Position numbers and translations under genes: made by a program. From the NCBI GenBank assembly GCA_049322915.1, contig JBMOPW010000016.1:167971-231970 (forward strand): a stretch of 64,000 nt of DNA, written 5' to 3'. Positions 40,296 to 49,668 of this stretch are shown one piece after another; the first letter of the stretch is position 1, and each line of letters begins with the position of its first letter. The notes below the pieces were generated by a model. The model worked only from the letters and a program-made list of their open reading frames with translations. It was not told the origin of the DNA and did no database searches. Source of the stretch: Candidatus Zhuqueibacterota bacterium. GTDB taxonomy: Bacteria; Zhuqueibacterota; Zhuqueibacteria; Thermofontimicrobiales; Thermofontimicrobiaceae.

Positions 40296-40561
40296 ACCTG
40301 TCGGGAAGACTCGTATCACGGTACTGATCTCGCTGGATTTTCATCCAGCGCGGGCAATGGCTGGGACGTATGTCCCCGAATGGGCGAACGTTCGGCTGGT
40401 GGTTACAACTGACGAAACAGTTACCAGTTCCAGTCTTTCGACATCTTTTTTTCTTGGAGTACTTGGTGAAGACTTTGAGCTTTGAGGTGAAGGTTTACAG
40501 TGCGTACGTTTGATTCAGGAATAAATTTTAAAAAAGTTAAACACGGCAATTATCTATGAAT

Positions 40562-40745
40562 CCACTCCAACAAGGGGCTGAAGCCCCAAAATCAGAGGTG
40601 AATTTCTGTCCCCCGACTTAAAAGTCGGGACTGTTCAAGTTATCTAAATTTCAAATTTATCAATGAATTGCCACGTCATTCATAACGTGGAAAAGATTTT
40701 ATAACCAACGTATCAAGCCTTTTAAGGCTTTTTAGAGTCGACCCA
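40562..40745. mobile_element. ~185-bp palindromic dispersed repeat (MITE/REP-like), copy 2
   Basis: Hairpins GGGGC-TGAA-GCCCC, CCCGACTT-AA-AAGTCGGG, CCACGT...ACGTGG and AAGCCTT-TT-AAGGCTT; homologous to 1753-1937. Confidence 0.75.
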
Positions 40746-40770
40746 GCAATTAAAATGAAGGAGGTAGGTT

Positions 40771-41937
40771 ATGTTTTCAAAAGTTACGATCAGTTTGATA
40801 AGCCTGATGTTAGTGACCGGTCTGTGCGTCGGGACAGTTCAGGCGCAAGTTACTTTGGACACCGGAAAAATTGGCGTTCGGATAACCAATGCCGGCAGCA
40901 TTCGATTGATGGCTCCCACGTCCAGCGATGATCAGCAGCTCTCCCGAATCAACATCATCGCTGCTTTATCGGAAGATGCAGTGTGCGATTACAACGAAGA
41001 TCAGGATGCTGTCATCCCGGCGTATCAGTTGACGACTCCGACCATTGCCGACGTTGAAGCGATTGCTGTGTATGACAATCGCTATACAAATTTGCCCCCG
41101 GATGTTACGTTCCGGCTGCATGCCTATGCCTGGAATAATGAGCCATTTATGATTGCGAAATACACGATCATCAACGACTCGACCGAGCAAGTGACTCTGT
41201 CACTAGGTTTGCTGACTGTCCCTCGAATAGCGGGTAATTATGGCGGTGAAACAGATGCATATGATGAAGCACATCGCCTGGCCTATTGTTATCGCGAGGG
41301 CGAAGCACCCCATGCCGGTTTTCGACTGCTGTCCATGGAGCCGCATTCGTTCCATGCGCTGGACTGGTTGGTCTATTCTCCTGCTGATCCCAACGCCGAT
41401 GCGGCTACAGACTCCACCCGCTATCACATGACGGCCGATGCCGGTTTTGATACGAGCATTGTGGCCGGCGGCGATGGCTCCATTTTCAGTTTGAATGCCG
41501 GCGCATTCACCCTGGCGGCCGGGGATTCTGTGATTCTGACATACGCAATCGTCTATGCCGATCTTGTAACGGACCTATTCGCTGCAGCCGACGCGGCCCA
41601 GGTGAAGTACGACAACGAAATGCTTTCTGTTCAAGATAGCAGCACGCCCAACACACCGACGCATTTTACACTATTTCAAAATTATCCCAATCCATTCAAT
41701 CCGAGCACCACGATTCGGTTCGATCTCAGTCGTTCGTCCGATGTGCAGTTGACTGTCTATAACACGCAGGGACAACTGGTGAACTCACTTCTGAAAGGCG
41801 CGTACTCTGCCGGCTGCCACGCAATCACGTGGAACGGGAATAGCACTACCGGCATTGAAGTCGGTTCCGGCGTGTATTTCTATCGTCTCACAGCCAATCA
41901 AATCACCGTCACTAAAAAGATGTTACTGGTTCATTAA
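40771..41937 (+). CDS. Secreted protein with T9SS type-A / FlgD-Ig C-terminal domain
   Basis: AAGGAGGT RBS, signal peptide, LFQNYPNPFNPSTTIRF...VYNTQGQLV...SGVYFYRL...KKMLLV. Confidence 0.9.
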   Translation: MFSKVTISLISLMLVTGLCVGTVQAQVTLDTGKIGVRITNAGSIRLMAPTSSDDQQLSRINIIAALSEDAVCDYNEDQDAVIPAYQLTTPTIADVEAIAVYDNRYTNLPPDVTFRLHAYAWNNEPFMIAKYTIINDSTEQVTLSLGLLTVPRIAGNYGGETDAYDEAHRLAYCYREGEAPHAGFRLLSMEPHSFHALDWLVYSPADPNADAATDSTRYHMTADAGFDTSIVAGGDGSIFSLNAGAFTLAAGDSVILTYAIVYADLVTDLFAAADAAQVKYDNEMLSVQDSSTPNTPTHFTLFQNYPNPFNPSTTIRFDLSRSSDVQLTVYNTQGQLVNSLLKGAYSAGCHAITWNGNSTTGIEVGSGVYFYRLTANQITVTKKMLLVH

Positions 41938-42093
41938 TGTGTGGGGGCTGCACCGGAATTCATGCCTGATGGACGCATGCTGCCTTCCTGAGAGTGAGTC
42001 GGTTCTGCTCGCTCCGAGGCATGCTGTGCGCATTCAGCGATGCTTTTGGTGCAGCCCCTCCAGCGTATTGCACGAATTTTTGAGGCGTACACA

Positions 42094-44565
42094 ATGAAAA
42101 GATTAGTCTTGATATTTCTCTTCATTTTGCCGGTGTCGCTCAGCGCAGGCGTTACCGGCAAATTGTCCGGAACGATCACGGACGCTTCCACCGGCGAAGC
42201 CCTTATTGGCGCAACAGTGCTCATCGCTGGCACCAATCTGGGAGCAGCGACAGATTTGGATGGGAAATTTATCATCCTGAACATCCCACCCGGCAGCGTG
42301 ACGATTCGCGCCAGCTATATCGGTTATGAATCGGCCGCAATATCCAACGTGAAAATAATGATGGACCTGACGACGACCATCACTATCAAGCTGCGGGAGT
42401 CGACCATCGAGCTGGGGCAGGAGGTGGTGATCACAGCCGAAAAGCCGATGATTCAAAAAGACCTCACCAGTTCCAGCGCCTATATGAGACGCGACGAAAT
42501 AGAGGGTCTGCCGGTCTCGGATTTTAGCGATGTGCTGGCCCTGCAGGCCGGAGTGACAGATCAGGAAGGCAGCCTCCATATCCGCGGCGGGCGCTCCAAT
42601 GAAGTGGCATTTCTGATTGACGGCATGTACGTACATGATCCGTTGTTGGGCAGAATGATCACGCAAATCAACAACGACGCGATTCAGGAGATGAGTCTGC
42701 TGAGCGGCACGTTCAATGCCGAGTATGGCAATGCGCTCAGCGGTGTTGTCAATATTGTCACGCGCGATGGGGGTGTTAAGCACAGCGGTCGGATGGAGGC
42801 CCGAACCAGCGAATTCGGCCTGGATCGTTACAATAAGCTGGGTGAAAATCGGTTGAATGGCAATCTCGGCGGCCCTTTTATCACTGAAAAAATCCGCTAT
42901 TTCATTTCAGGCGAGCAGAACAACCGCGACAACTATCTACCTTTTGGCTACGAAGATAACATGACGTTCTTCAGCAAATTGTCGTTCAATTTTTTCCCGG
43001 GATTGAAATTCGTCCTTTCCAATCGCGGCAGCAAGGGGGAGCGACAGGGCTACAGTCACAGTTACAAGTATATTCCCGAACAATATCTGAAGAGTCGAAG
43101 GAATAGCTGGCAAACCACCCTGACGGTTTCCCACATGCTTCGGTCGAATTTATTTTACGATGCGCGCGTCTCATATCTGGAACAGGATTACTACTCCGGT
43201 GTGGACAAAGACACGTCGGAATACCTTTCCACGTCTGAGTGGGAATATTTGACCAACGTCGGCAACAGTTTTGAATTCTGGCAACGCGCCGACCCATTGG
43301 AAATGATCGATAGCAAGACAAAAACCGCGGATTTCAAAGGCGATCTGGTCTGGCAGGCGGGCAAAATCAATGAAGTGAAAGTCGGCTTGCAGTACAAGAA
43401 ACACTGGCTGAATCTGTTCAGCGTATATGATCCGAAGCGAAATTACCCGTACATCAATGACTACCGCATTCAGCCGTTCGAAGCCGCTGCGTATTTCCAG
43501 GATAAAATTGAATTCCCGTTTTTAATCATCAATCTGGGACTGCGTTACGATTATTTTAATGCCAATGCTACATTTCGCGGGGACCCACTGGACACACAAG
43601 CTGCGTTCATTCAGGTCAAATCGAGGTCGCAGTTCAGTCCGCGCGTCGGCATTGCCCATCCGGTCTCCGATAAAACCAAGCTACATTTCGCCTATGGCCA
43701 TTTTTTCCAGAATCCGGAGTACCAATATCTGTTTGAAAACAATCAATATGATTTGAACGTGCGGGAGCCGTTGTTCGGCCAGCCGAATCTGGATGCGGAG
43801 CGGACTATCGCCTACGAAGTCGGTGTTTCGCACCAGTTTTCTGATCGCATTGCCGCGCATCTGACGGCGTATTACAAGGACGTCACCGGGCTAATCGGCA
43901 CCCGCTACTTCGAGGCGTTCATGGGGAACACCGGGCGCTACGTTGGCTATACGGTATACATCAATGAAGATTACGCCAATATCAAAGGTTTCGAGATCAA
44001 CGCCGATGTTCGGCCGGGGAAATATCTGTCCGGCGGCCTGAGCTATACGTTCATGATTGCCAAAGGCAGCGCTTCGTCTGAAACCGAGCAATACCCCGGC
44101 ACCGAAGAATCAACCCGACTCTATTTCCTTAATTATGACCAGCGGCATAATCTGAATATGACGGCAACGTTTCAAATTCCGAAAGATGAGGGGCCGATCC
44201 TGTTTGGCTATCATTGGCTGGCCAATACCGATTACAGCGTGGTGTTACGGGCGAGCTCCGGCTTCCCGTACACACCGAGCGGCAGGGACATTGGTTTCGT
44301 CGATAGAAACTCGTTGCGAATGCCGGGCCGGTACTCCATGGATCTGGAAATTGGCAAGGAATTTTCCAGCATCTTCCAGACAAGAATTCGCGTCTTCGCA
44401 GAGGTCCTGAATCTGACCGATCATCGCAATGTGCTGTACGTCTATGGCGACACAGGGGAACCGGATTTCACCTTCGAAGGCGGCCATTCAGCCGAATGGA
44501 TGAACGATCCCTCGAATTACGGCCCGCCGCGAAGCATTCGGTTGGGGATCGGAATGCGATTCTAA
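42094..44565 (+). CDS. TonB-dependent receptor with N-terminal carboxypeptidase-regulatory-like domain
   Basis: GKLSGTITDASTGEALIGATV, IRGGRSNEV, GTFNAEYGNALSGVVNIVT, GLRYDY, FSPRVG, PNLDAERT, C-terminal Phe. Confidence 0.93.
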   Translation: MKRLVLIFLFILPVSLSAGVTGKLSGTITDASTGEALIGATVLIAGTNLGAATDLDGKFIILNIPPGSVTIRASYIGYESAAISNVKIMMDLTTTITIKLRESTIELGQEVVITAEKPMIQKDLTSSSAYMRRDEIEGLPVSDFSDVLALQAGVTDQEGSLHIRGGRSNEVAFLIDGMYVHDPLLGRMITQINNDAIQEMSLLSGTFNAEYGNALSGVVNIVTRDGGVKHSGRMEARTSEFGLDRYNKLGENRLNGNLGGPFITEKIRYFISGEQNNRDNYLPFGYEDNMTFFSKLSFNFFPGLKFVLSNRGSKGERQGYSHSYKYIPEQYLKSRRNSWQTTLTVSHMLRSNLFYDARVSYLEQDYYSGVDKDTSEYLSTSEWEYLTNVGNSFEFWQRADPLEMIDSKTKTADFKGDLVWQAGKINEVKVGLQYKKHWLNLFSVYDPKRNYPYINDYRIQPFEAAAYFQDKIEFPFLIINLGLRYDYFNANATFRGDPLDTQAAFIQVKSRSQFSPRVGIAHPVSDKTKLHFAYGHFFQNPEYQYLFENNQYDLNVREPLFGQPNLDAERTIAYEVGVSHQFSDRIAAHLTAYYKDVTGLIGTRYFEAFMGNTGRYVGYTVYINEDYANIKGFEINADVRPGKYLSGGLSYTFMIAKGSASSETEQYPGTEESTRLYFLNYDQRHNLNMTATFQIPKDEGPILFGYHWLANTDYSVVLRASSGFPYTPSGRDIGFVDRNSLRMPGRYSMDLEIGKEFSSIFQTRIRVFAEVLNLTDHRNVLYVYGDTGEPDFTFEGGHSAEWMNDPSNYGPPRSIRLGIGMRF

Positions 44566-44709
44566 GTATCAACAATAGATCCTGTTCTCAGTCGACACGT
44601 TTCGAGAGGCAACGACGTTGCGGATCCCGAACAACTCCTGCTTGACTCAGAGGAATCCGCAATTCCAGCGGGCTCATAAATTTTGAATTCTAACGAATGA
44701 TGGTGGTCA

Positions 44710-47520
44710 ATGATGAAAAAAATATTAATCATGCTCCAAACCATTCTACTCCTGACGTCACTTGCGGTGGCTCAGCCAGCTGTAAAAGAAAAGGACAAAG
44801 AGGCCAGGGACGTTTTTGTGGAAAAAGCTTCCGGCGTCGAAGACCGGGCCGGCGGCACGCACAATGCCAGCAACATCGGCCTGTTTTTTGAAAACAGGGG
44901 CAAACTGTATCCGCGCCGACTGACCCAGGGGCCCTCCGGGGAATTTCCCATTGGATCGGCAAAGCATTATGTCTACCGAATCAATCCCATGGTTGGAATT
45001 CCCGGCAATGTCATTCAGGGCCGCTACACGACCAATGAGGAATGGGAAGCAGTCGGTGGGTATCACAACCGGGAGTTCGCGAAGATCGCGTTCAGCGATA
45101 ATCCCAGTTCCTGGAATACGACCCTGGGCTGGCCGGTCAAAGACGCTGAAGGGAATCCGATTTTCAAATCGGATCAGGACAGTTATTGCGTGTACGATGA
45201 CGCCAACAATTCCGTGAAGCGATTGGGGGTGACGGTGATCCAGACCGGTTATGCCTATGGCGTCACGTTCGCCCAGAATTTGATATTCTACAAGTTCGAA
45301 GTAGTCAACAACGGCGCGAACGATCTGAACGACCTGTATTTTGCCATGTACTGCGACATGGATATTGGCAACGTGAGCGGGGGTACGCCGGAGTACGGCG
45401 ATGATCGGATCGATTTTGACAGGCAGAATAATTTTGTCTATAGTTTTGATGATGGCCTTTCCGATGAGTGGGCTGGCGGCGTCACCGGCTACATGGGTGT
45501 GGCCATGCTCAAGACACCGGAGGTCAATGGCGTCGAACTGGGCGTCACGGATATGCATTACAATGTTTATGATGACGATAAAGACGATGATAGTCTGCAA
45601 TTCGCCATCCTGTCCAGCAGAACCGATATGGTCGATCCGCAGTCGCTGGTGCCGCGATATTTTCACCCGGGGGCTGGCGGCGATCTCCATTTTGATGATC
45701 CGGCGACAATTCCCGCGTCTGGAATCGATCTTCTGGCGACCATCAGTTCCGGCCCTTACCAGCTTCAGCGCGGCGATACACTGGTATTTTACATGGCGCT
45801 GATTGCCGGGAATAATCTGGACGATCTCTACAACTCACTGTACACAGCCCAACGCATTTTGGATTTCGATTTCGAAATCAGCAAACCGCCCCGAACACCG
45901 ACGCTGAGCGCCCATGCCGGCGATGGCCGCGTGACGCTCTTCTGGAATGATTTCGCCGAGTTATCGCTCGATAATTATTCCGGCGAATATGATTTCGAGG
46001 GCTATCGAATTTACAAGAGTCTGGATAAAGGGCTGCATTGGGACCAATTCGATAGAAATGTTGATCCGTCCGTGGGGGAGGAACCTGTGCCACTGGCGCA
46101 GTTCGATATTATCAATAACCTGGGACTGGATTCCGGGCTGCAGTACAGCTTCACAGATACCAGCGTTCATAACGGCTTCGAATATTGGTACACAGTCACG
46201 GCATTCGATCGCGGCGATGAATCGGTCGAAAGTCTCGAAAGCCCAAAAGGCAATTCCACCGACGCTCTCAATACCGTGTCCGTCATTCCCAAATCGAACG
46301 CTTCCGGGCGTACGCCGGTCTCGTCCGAATCGGTGAGCCATATCGGACTGGGAAAATCCAACTACGTGCTTGATGTTGAACCGATCGATGAGGATTCACT
46401 GGGCGACCGCGAATACCAGATCAGGTTCTCGTACGTTCAGAGGACGATTCGGGGAACGTTGAAGACGACCATCGTGCCAATTATCTCGGATTCCGCCCGG
46501 ACTGAGTCGAAACGGTATGGCGTGGAATTCATCTCGCCGACGTCGTTTCATCTGATTGATCTGAACACCGGCGATTATATTGGCTCGGACCCGCGCAATT
46601 ATCGCTCCGGCACCACGTATTCGCTCAATGCCGGCATGAAGATAAAAATCGTGGATCCTGATCCGACTGCTGCTCCGGAGTTCCTGCCCAAAGCCGATGA
46701 TTATCTCACGCTCAATTACGCCGCCCATGTCGTGCGCAATAACGCCGATACTATCATGGCGCAGCAGCCGTTCATCATCGGGAAAAAGCATGCCACCAGC
46801 GATGGTGTTGTGTTCAGTCTGGATCCACCCGAAACCATTCAAAGCGTCTCGCGCGTGGGAGGCGCCGACATTCTTGATATCAGCTTCTCAGTCTACGACG
46901 CAACGCTGGTGCAAAACGATACGGTCCTCATTTCCATTCAGCAGAGTGGCTTCGATGGGAGCGGCAATGGATTTGTGTCCGTGCTCATCGAACATGCAAA
47001 TGATGAGTCGGTGACGGTCGATTCGTTGTACAATCTGGACAGCTTTGAATTCGACGGAATTCGCGGCACGCTCGAATTCCAGTCCGCCAACCCGCCCGGT
47101 CCCGGCAATGCATTCGTCATTGTCACCCTTGTGCCTGTGGCGCCGAACATCCGGGACGCCTATCGTTTCAGAATAAAAGGCTCCGTCGTCGAACAGGCGC
47201 GCAGTGACAGCGAGTTGGAGGGCATCAAAGTGGTGCCAAATCCCTATCTGGTCTCTTCATTGTATGAACCTGAATTTGGTGAATTGAGGCGAGAACCCAT
47301 TCGACAGATTCAATTCATCAATTTACCCCAGGAATGCACCATCTATATTTTCACCATTGCCGGCGATCGCGTCAAAACGATTGACCATTCTGCACGGAAC
47401 GGCACGGAGACCTGGGATTTGCGTTCTGATGGCGGACGTGAAATTGCGTCCGGCGTTTATCTTTATATGGTTCGGACGCGAAACGCTCAATTCAAAGGGA
47501 CATTTGCAGTGATCAAATGA
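44710..47520 (+). CDS. Large secreted/surface protein with T9SS-like CTD (TBDR partner)
   Basis: Signal peptide, FN3-like (GDGRVTLFW...FEGYRIYKS), C-terminal IKVVPNPY...IQFINLP...IFTIAGDRV...WDL...ASGVY. Confidence 0.88.
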   Translation: MMKKILIMLQTILLLTSLAVAQPAVKEKDKEARDVFVEKASGVEDRAGGTHNASNIGLFFENRGKLYPRRLTQGPSGEFPIGSAKHYVYRINPMVGIPGNVIQGRYTTNEEWEAVGGYHNREFAKIAFSDNPSSWNTTLGWPVKDAEGNPIFKSDQDSYCVYDDANNSVKRLGVTVIQTGYAYGVTFAQNLIFYKFEVVNNGANDLNDLYFAMYCDMDIGNVSGGTPEYGDDRIDFDRQNNFVYSFDDGLSDEWAGGVTGYMGVAMLKTPEVNGVELGVTDMHYNVYDDDKDDDSLQFAILSSRTDMVDPQSLVPRYFHPGAGGDLHFDDPATIPASGIDLLATISSGPYQLQRGDTLVFYMALIAGNNLDDLYNSLYTAQRILDFDFEISKPPRTPTLSAHAGDGRVTLFWNDFAELSLDNYSGEYDFEGYRIYKSLDKGLHWDQFDRNVDPSVGEEPVPLAQFDIINNLGLDSGLQYSFTDTSVHNGFEYWYTVTAFDRGDESVESLESPKGNSTDALNTVSVIPKSNASGRTPVSSESVSHIGLGKSNYVLDVEPIDEDSLGDREYQIRFSYVQRTIRGTLKTTIVPIISDSARTESKRYGVEFISPTSFHLIDLNTGDYIGSDPRNYRSGTTYSLNAGMKIKIVDPDPTAAPEFLPKADDYLTLNYAAHVVRNNADTIMAQQPFIIGKKHATSDGVVFSLDPPETIQSVSRVGGADILDISFSVYDATLVQNDTVLISIQQSGFDGSGNGFVSVLIEHANDESVTVDSLYNLDSFEFDGIRGTLEFQSANPPGPGNAFVIVTLVPVAPNIRDAYRFRIKGSVVEQARSDSELEGIKVVPNPYLVSSLYEPEFGELRREPIRQIQFINLPQECTIYIFTIAGDRVKTIDHSARNGTETWDLRSDGGREIASGVYLYMVRTRNAQFKGTFAVIK

Positions 47521-47601
47521 TGCCCGGTTCGGGCTTCAGGGATAGATTGCCATGATAAGTCTGAAATTACATACACCGTTAAAACAAGCAGGTGAGCACG
47601 C

Positions 47602-48600
47602 ATGAACAAGATAAAAACTCTGGTGATTCTCTGTGTTCTGGCCGGGACGCTTCAGGGTCTGGCCCAGAATCCGAACCTGGGGACGAGCGGCGCGCAATTT
47701 CTCAAAATCCCCATCAGCGCGCGCGCGGCAGCTATGGGCGGCGCCTATACCGGCGTTTGTCAGGATGCGACGTCCGTGTTCTGGAACCCGGCCGGCATTG
47801 CGAATGTCAAAACCCATTCCGCCCATTTTTCGTTCACCAAATGGTTCGATACGTTCGATGTCAATGCAGCGTCTTATATTTACAATGGCGGTCAATTTGG
47901 CGTGGTTGCGGTGAGCATGCTGATGCTGGGCGTCGATGAGATGGAAGTGACCACGGAATTTTCTCCCAATGGCACCGGCCGATTTTTCGATGCGCAGGAT
48001 CTGGCGCTGGGCCTGAGCTATGGCCGGAATCTGACGGATCGATTTCGCATCGGTCTGACAGCGAGGTATGTGCAGCAGCGAATCTGGAACGAAACGGCCA
48101 ACGGGATCGCATTTGATGTGGGCACGCAATACCAATTGGCGTTCAGAAATATGACCATTGCCATGAGCATGACCAATTTTGGGCCGGATATGCAATTCGG
48201 CGGGCCGGATTTGAGCGTCACATACGACAACGACGCGAATTTTCCCAACCGATTGGTACCGACGCGGCTGGAAACTGAGACCTATCCGCTCCCGTTGAAT
48301 TTTGAATTTGGCATTGCCATGGATCTGTATTCGTCCCAATTCGTAAGCGCAATCGTCGCCGTGGATGCGGTCCATCCGAATGACAATCAGGAGCGAATCC
48401 ACATTGGGACAGAGGTGTCATTTTACGACCGGCTGTTCTTCCGCGGCGGGTATAAACTAAATCATGAAGACGAAATGTATAATTTCGGAAGCGGCGTCAC
48501 GGCCTTCATCGCCGGCGCCGTGCTCAGCTTTGATTACGCCTTTTCCGTCTACGACATTCTGCCAGATGTGCATCGGTTTTCTTTTGGGGTGAATTTTTGA
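47602..48600 (+). CDS. PorV/PorQ family outer-membrane beta-barrel
   Basis: GTSGAQFLKIPISARAAAMGGA...FWNPAG; C-terminal FDYAF...HRFSFGVNF. Confidence 0.9.
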   Translation: MNKIKTLVILCVLAGTLQGLAQNPNLGTSGAQFLKIPISARAAAMGGAYTGVCQDATSVFWNPAGIANVKTHSAHFSFTKWFDTFDVNAASYIYNGGQFGVVAVSMLMLGVDEMEVTTEFSPNGTGRFFDAQDLALGLSYGRNLTDRFRIGLTARYVQQRIWNETANGIAFDVGTQYQLAFRNMTIAMSMTNFGPDMQFGGPDLSVTYDNDANFPNRLVPTRLETETYPLPLNFEFGIAMDLYSSQFVSAIVAVDAVHPNDNQERIHIGTEVSFYDRLFFRGGYKLNHEDEMYNFGSGVTAFIAGAVLSFDYAFSVYDILPDVHRFSFGVNF

Positions 48601-48634
48601 GCGCGCGTCCGGCTTCGACGCGAAATTTGGAGCG

Positions 48635-49468
48635 ATGACGATGAACAGAGGTGGCTCACGCAGAACCGCGTGGCCGATGCTTTACGCAGTCGCGCTGGTC
48701 TTGATATTGGGTCCGTTTCAGGGCTGCTCGCTCGTGCATCATTCTGTGGCCGCCCTGAGATCCACGGATCGGTTCATCCCGAACGAAATCGATGACAGAG
48801 TGTTCTTCGAGCCCGGCGCTGAGGTGATTGCGAATAAGGTGGCTTTGTTTCTCCCATCGGCCGTGAATCGCGTCGAGGAGAAGCAGTTTCAGCGATTCGC
48901 CGATCCGGTTCGGGTCTATGTCTGCGTATCGCGCGAGAGTTTCAGGAAATTTTACGGGGCTGATGTGCGCGCTGGTGTATTGACAAAGCTGTTCCTGTCA
49001 CCCCGCATCTTCGAATTTGGGGATGACATCGCTGAAAAATATGTGACGCATGAATTGTCCCATCTACATTTGCTGCAACACATCGGTATTTTCAAAATGA
49101 GCCGGTTGCCCACGTGGTTCAAAGAAGGGCTGGCGACATCTGTCTCGGACGGTGGAGGCGCCCATTTGATTTCGCCGGAACAGGCGGTTGAAGCGATTCA
49201 TTCGGGCAAAAACCTTGTTCCCAATGAAGCGGACGGACTATTCATTAGAAAGACTCCCAGCGATTTTGGACTGGAGCCGCATCTGTTCTATCGGCAAAGC
49301 ATGATGTTCGTCGATTATCTGGCAGCCATCGACGCGCCGGCGTTTCGAAACCTGATGCTGTCCGTCGAACAGGGAGAACGGCTTTCTGCTGCCATCGATG
49401 AAGCGTACCATAACAATCTGGATGAATTGTGGCGCGGATTTTTGAATGAAGTGAAAAAGAAGGATTGA
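48635..49468 (+). CDS. Putative lipoprotein zinc metallopeptidase (gluzincin, peptidase MA-like)
   Basis: FQGC lipobox-like; HELSH followed by PTWFKEGLA. Confidence 0.75.
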   Translation: MTMNRGGSRRTAWPMLYAVALVLILGPFQGCSLVHHSVAALRSTDRFIPNEIDDRVFFEPGAEVIANKVALFLPSAVNRVEEKQFQRFADPVRVYVCVSRESFRKFYGADVRAGVLTKLFLSPRIFEFGDDIAEKYVTHELSHLHLLQHIGIFKMSRLPTWFKEGLATSVSDGGGAHLISPEQAVEAIHSGKNLVPNEADGLFIRKTPSDFGLEPHLFYRQSMMFVDYLAAIDAPAFRNLMLSVEQGERLSAAIDEAYHNNLDELWRGFLNEVKKKD

Positions 49469-49480
49469 TATTCAAATAAA

Positions 49481-49514
49481 CGCGCCGGGATGAATCGAAC
49501 TCGTTCCCGGCGCG
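49481..49514. terminator. Terminator-like hairpin between convergent genes
   Basis: CGCGCCGGGA / TCCCGGCGCG 10-bp stem. Confidence 0.6.
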
Positions 49515-49668
49515 GTGTATTCTTTTAATTGCAGTCGGCCCGGACGCCCTGTCCTGATTGAGAGAAAAGACACGGCGAGATCAAAAAAATTGAACCTGTT
49601 CACCTCTGAAAACCGCATACGGATGTGATTCTGCTTCGGACTGGAATTGCTCTTTCAAAACCTCGGCA

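Noticed and set aside
40408..40425. CTGACGA-AAC resembling a hammerhead ribozyme core
   Set aside because: No stem II between CUGANGA and GAAA; the segment folds as a simple AACTG/CAGTT hairpin.
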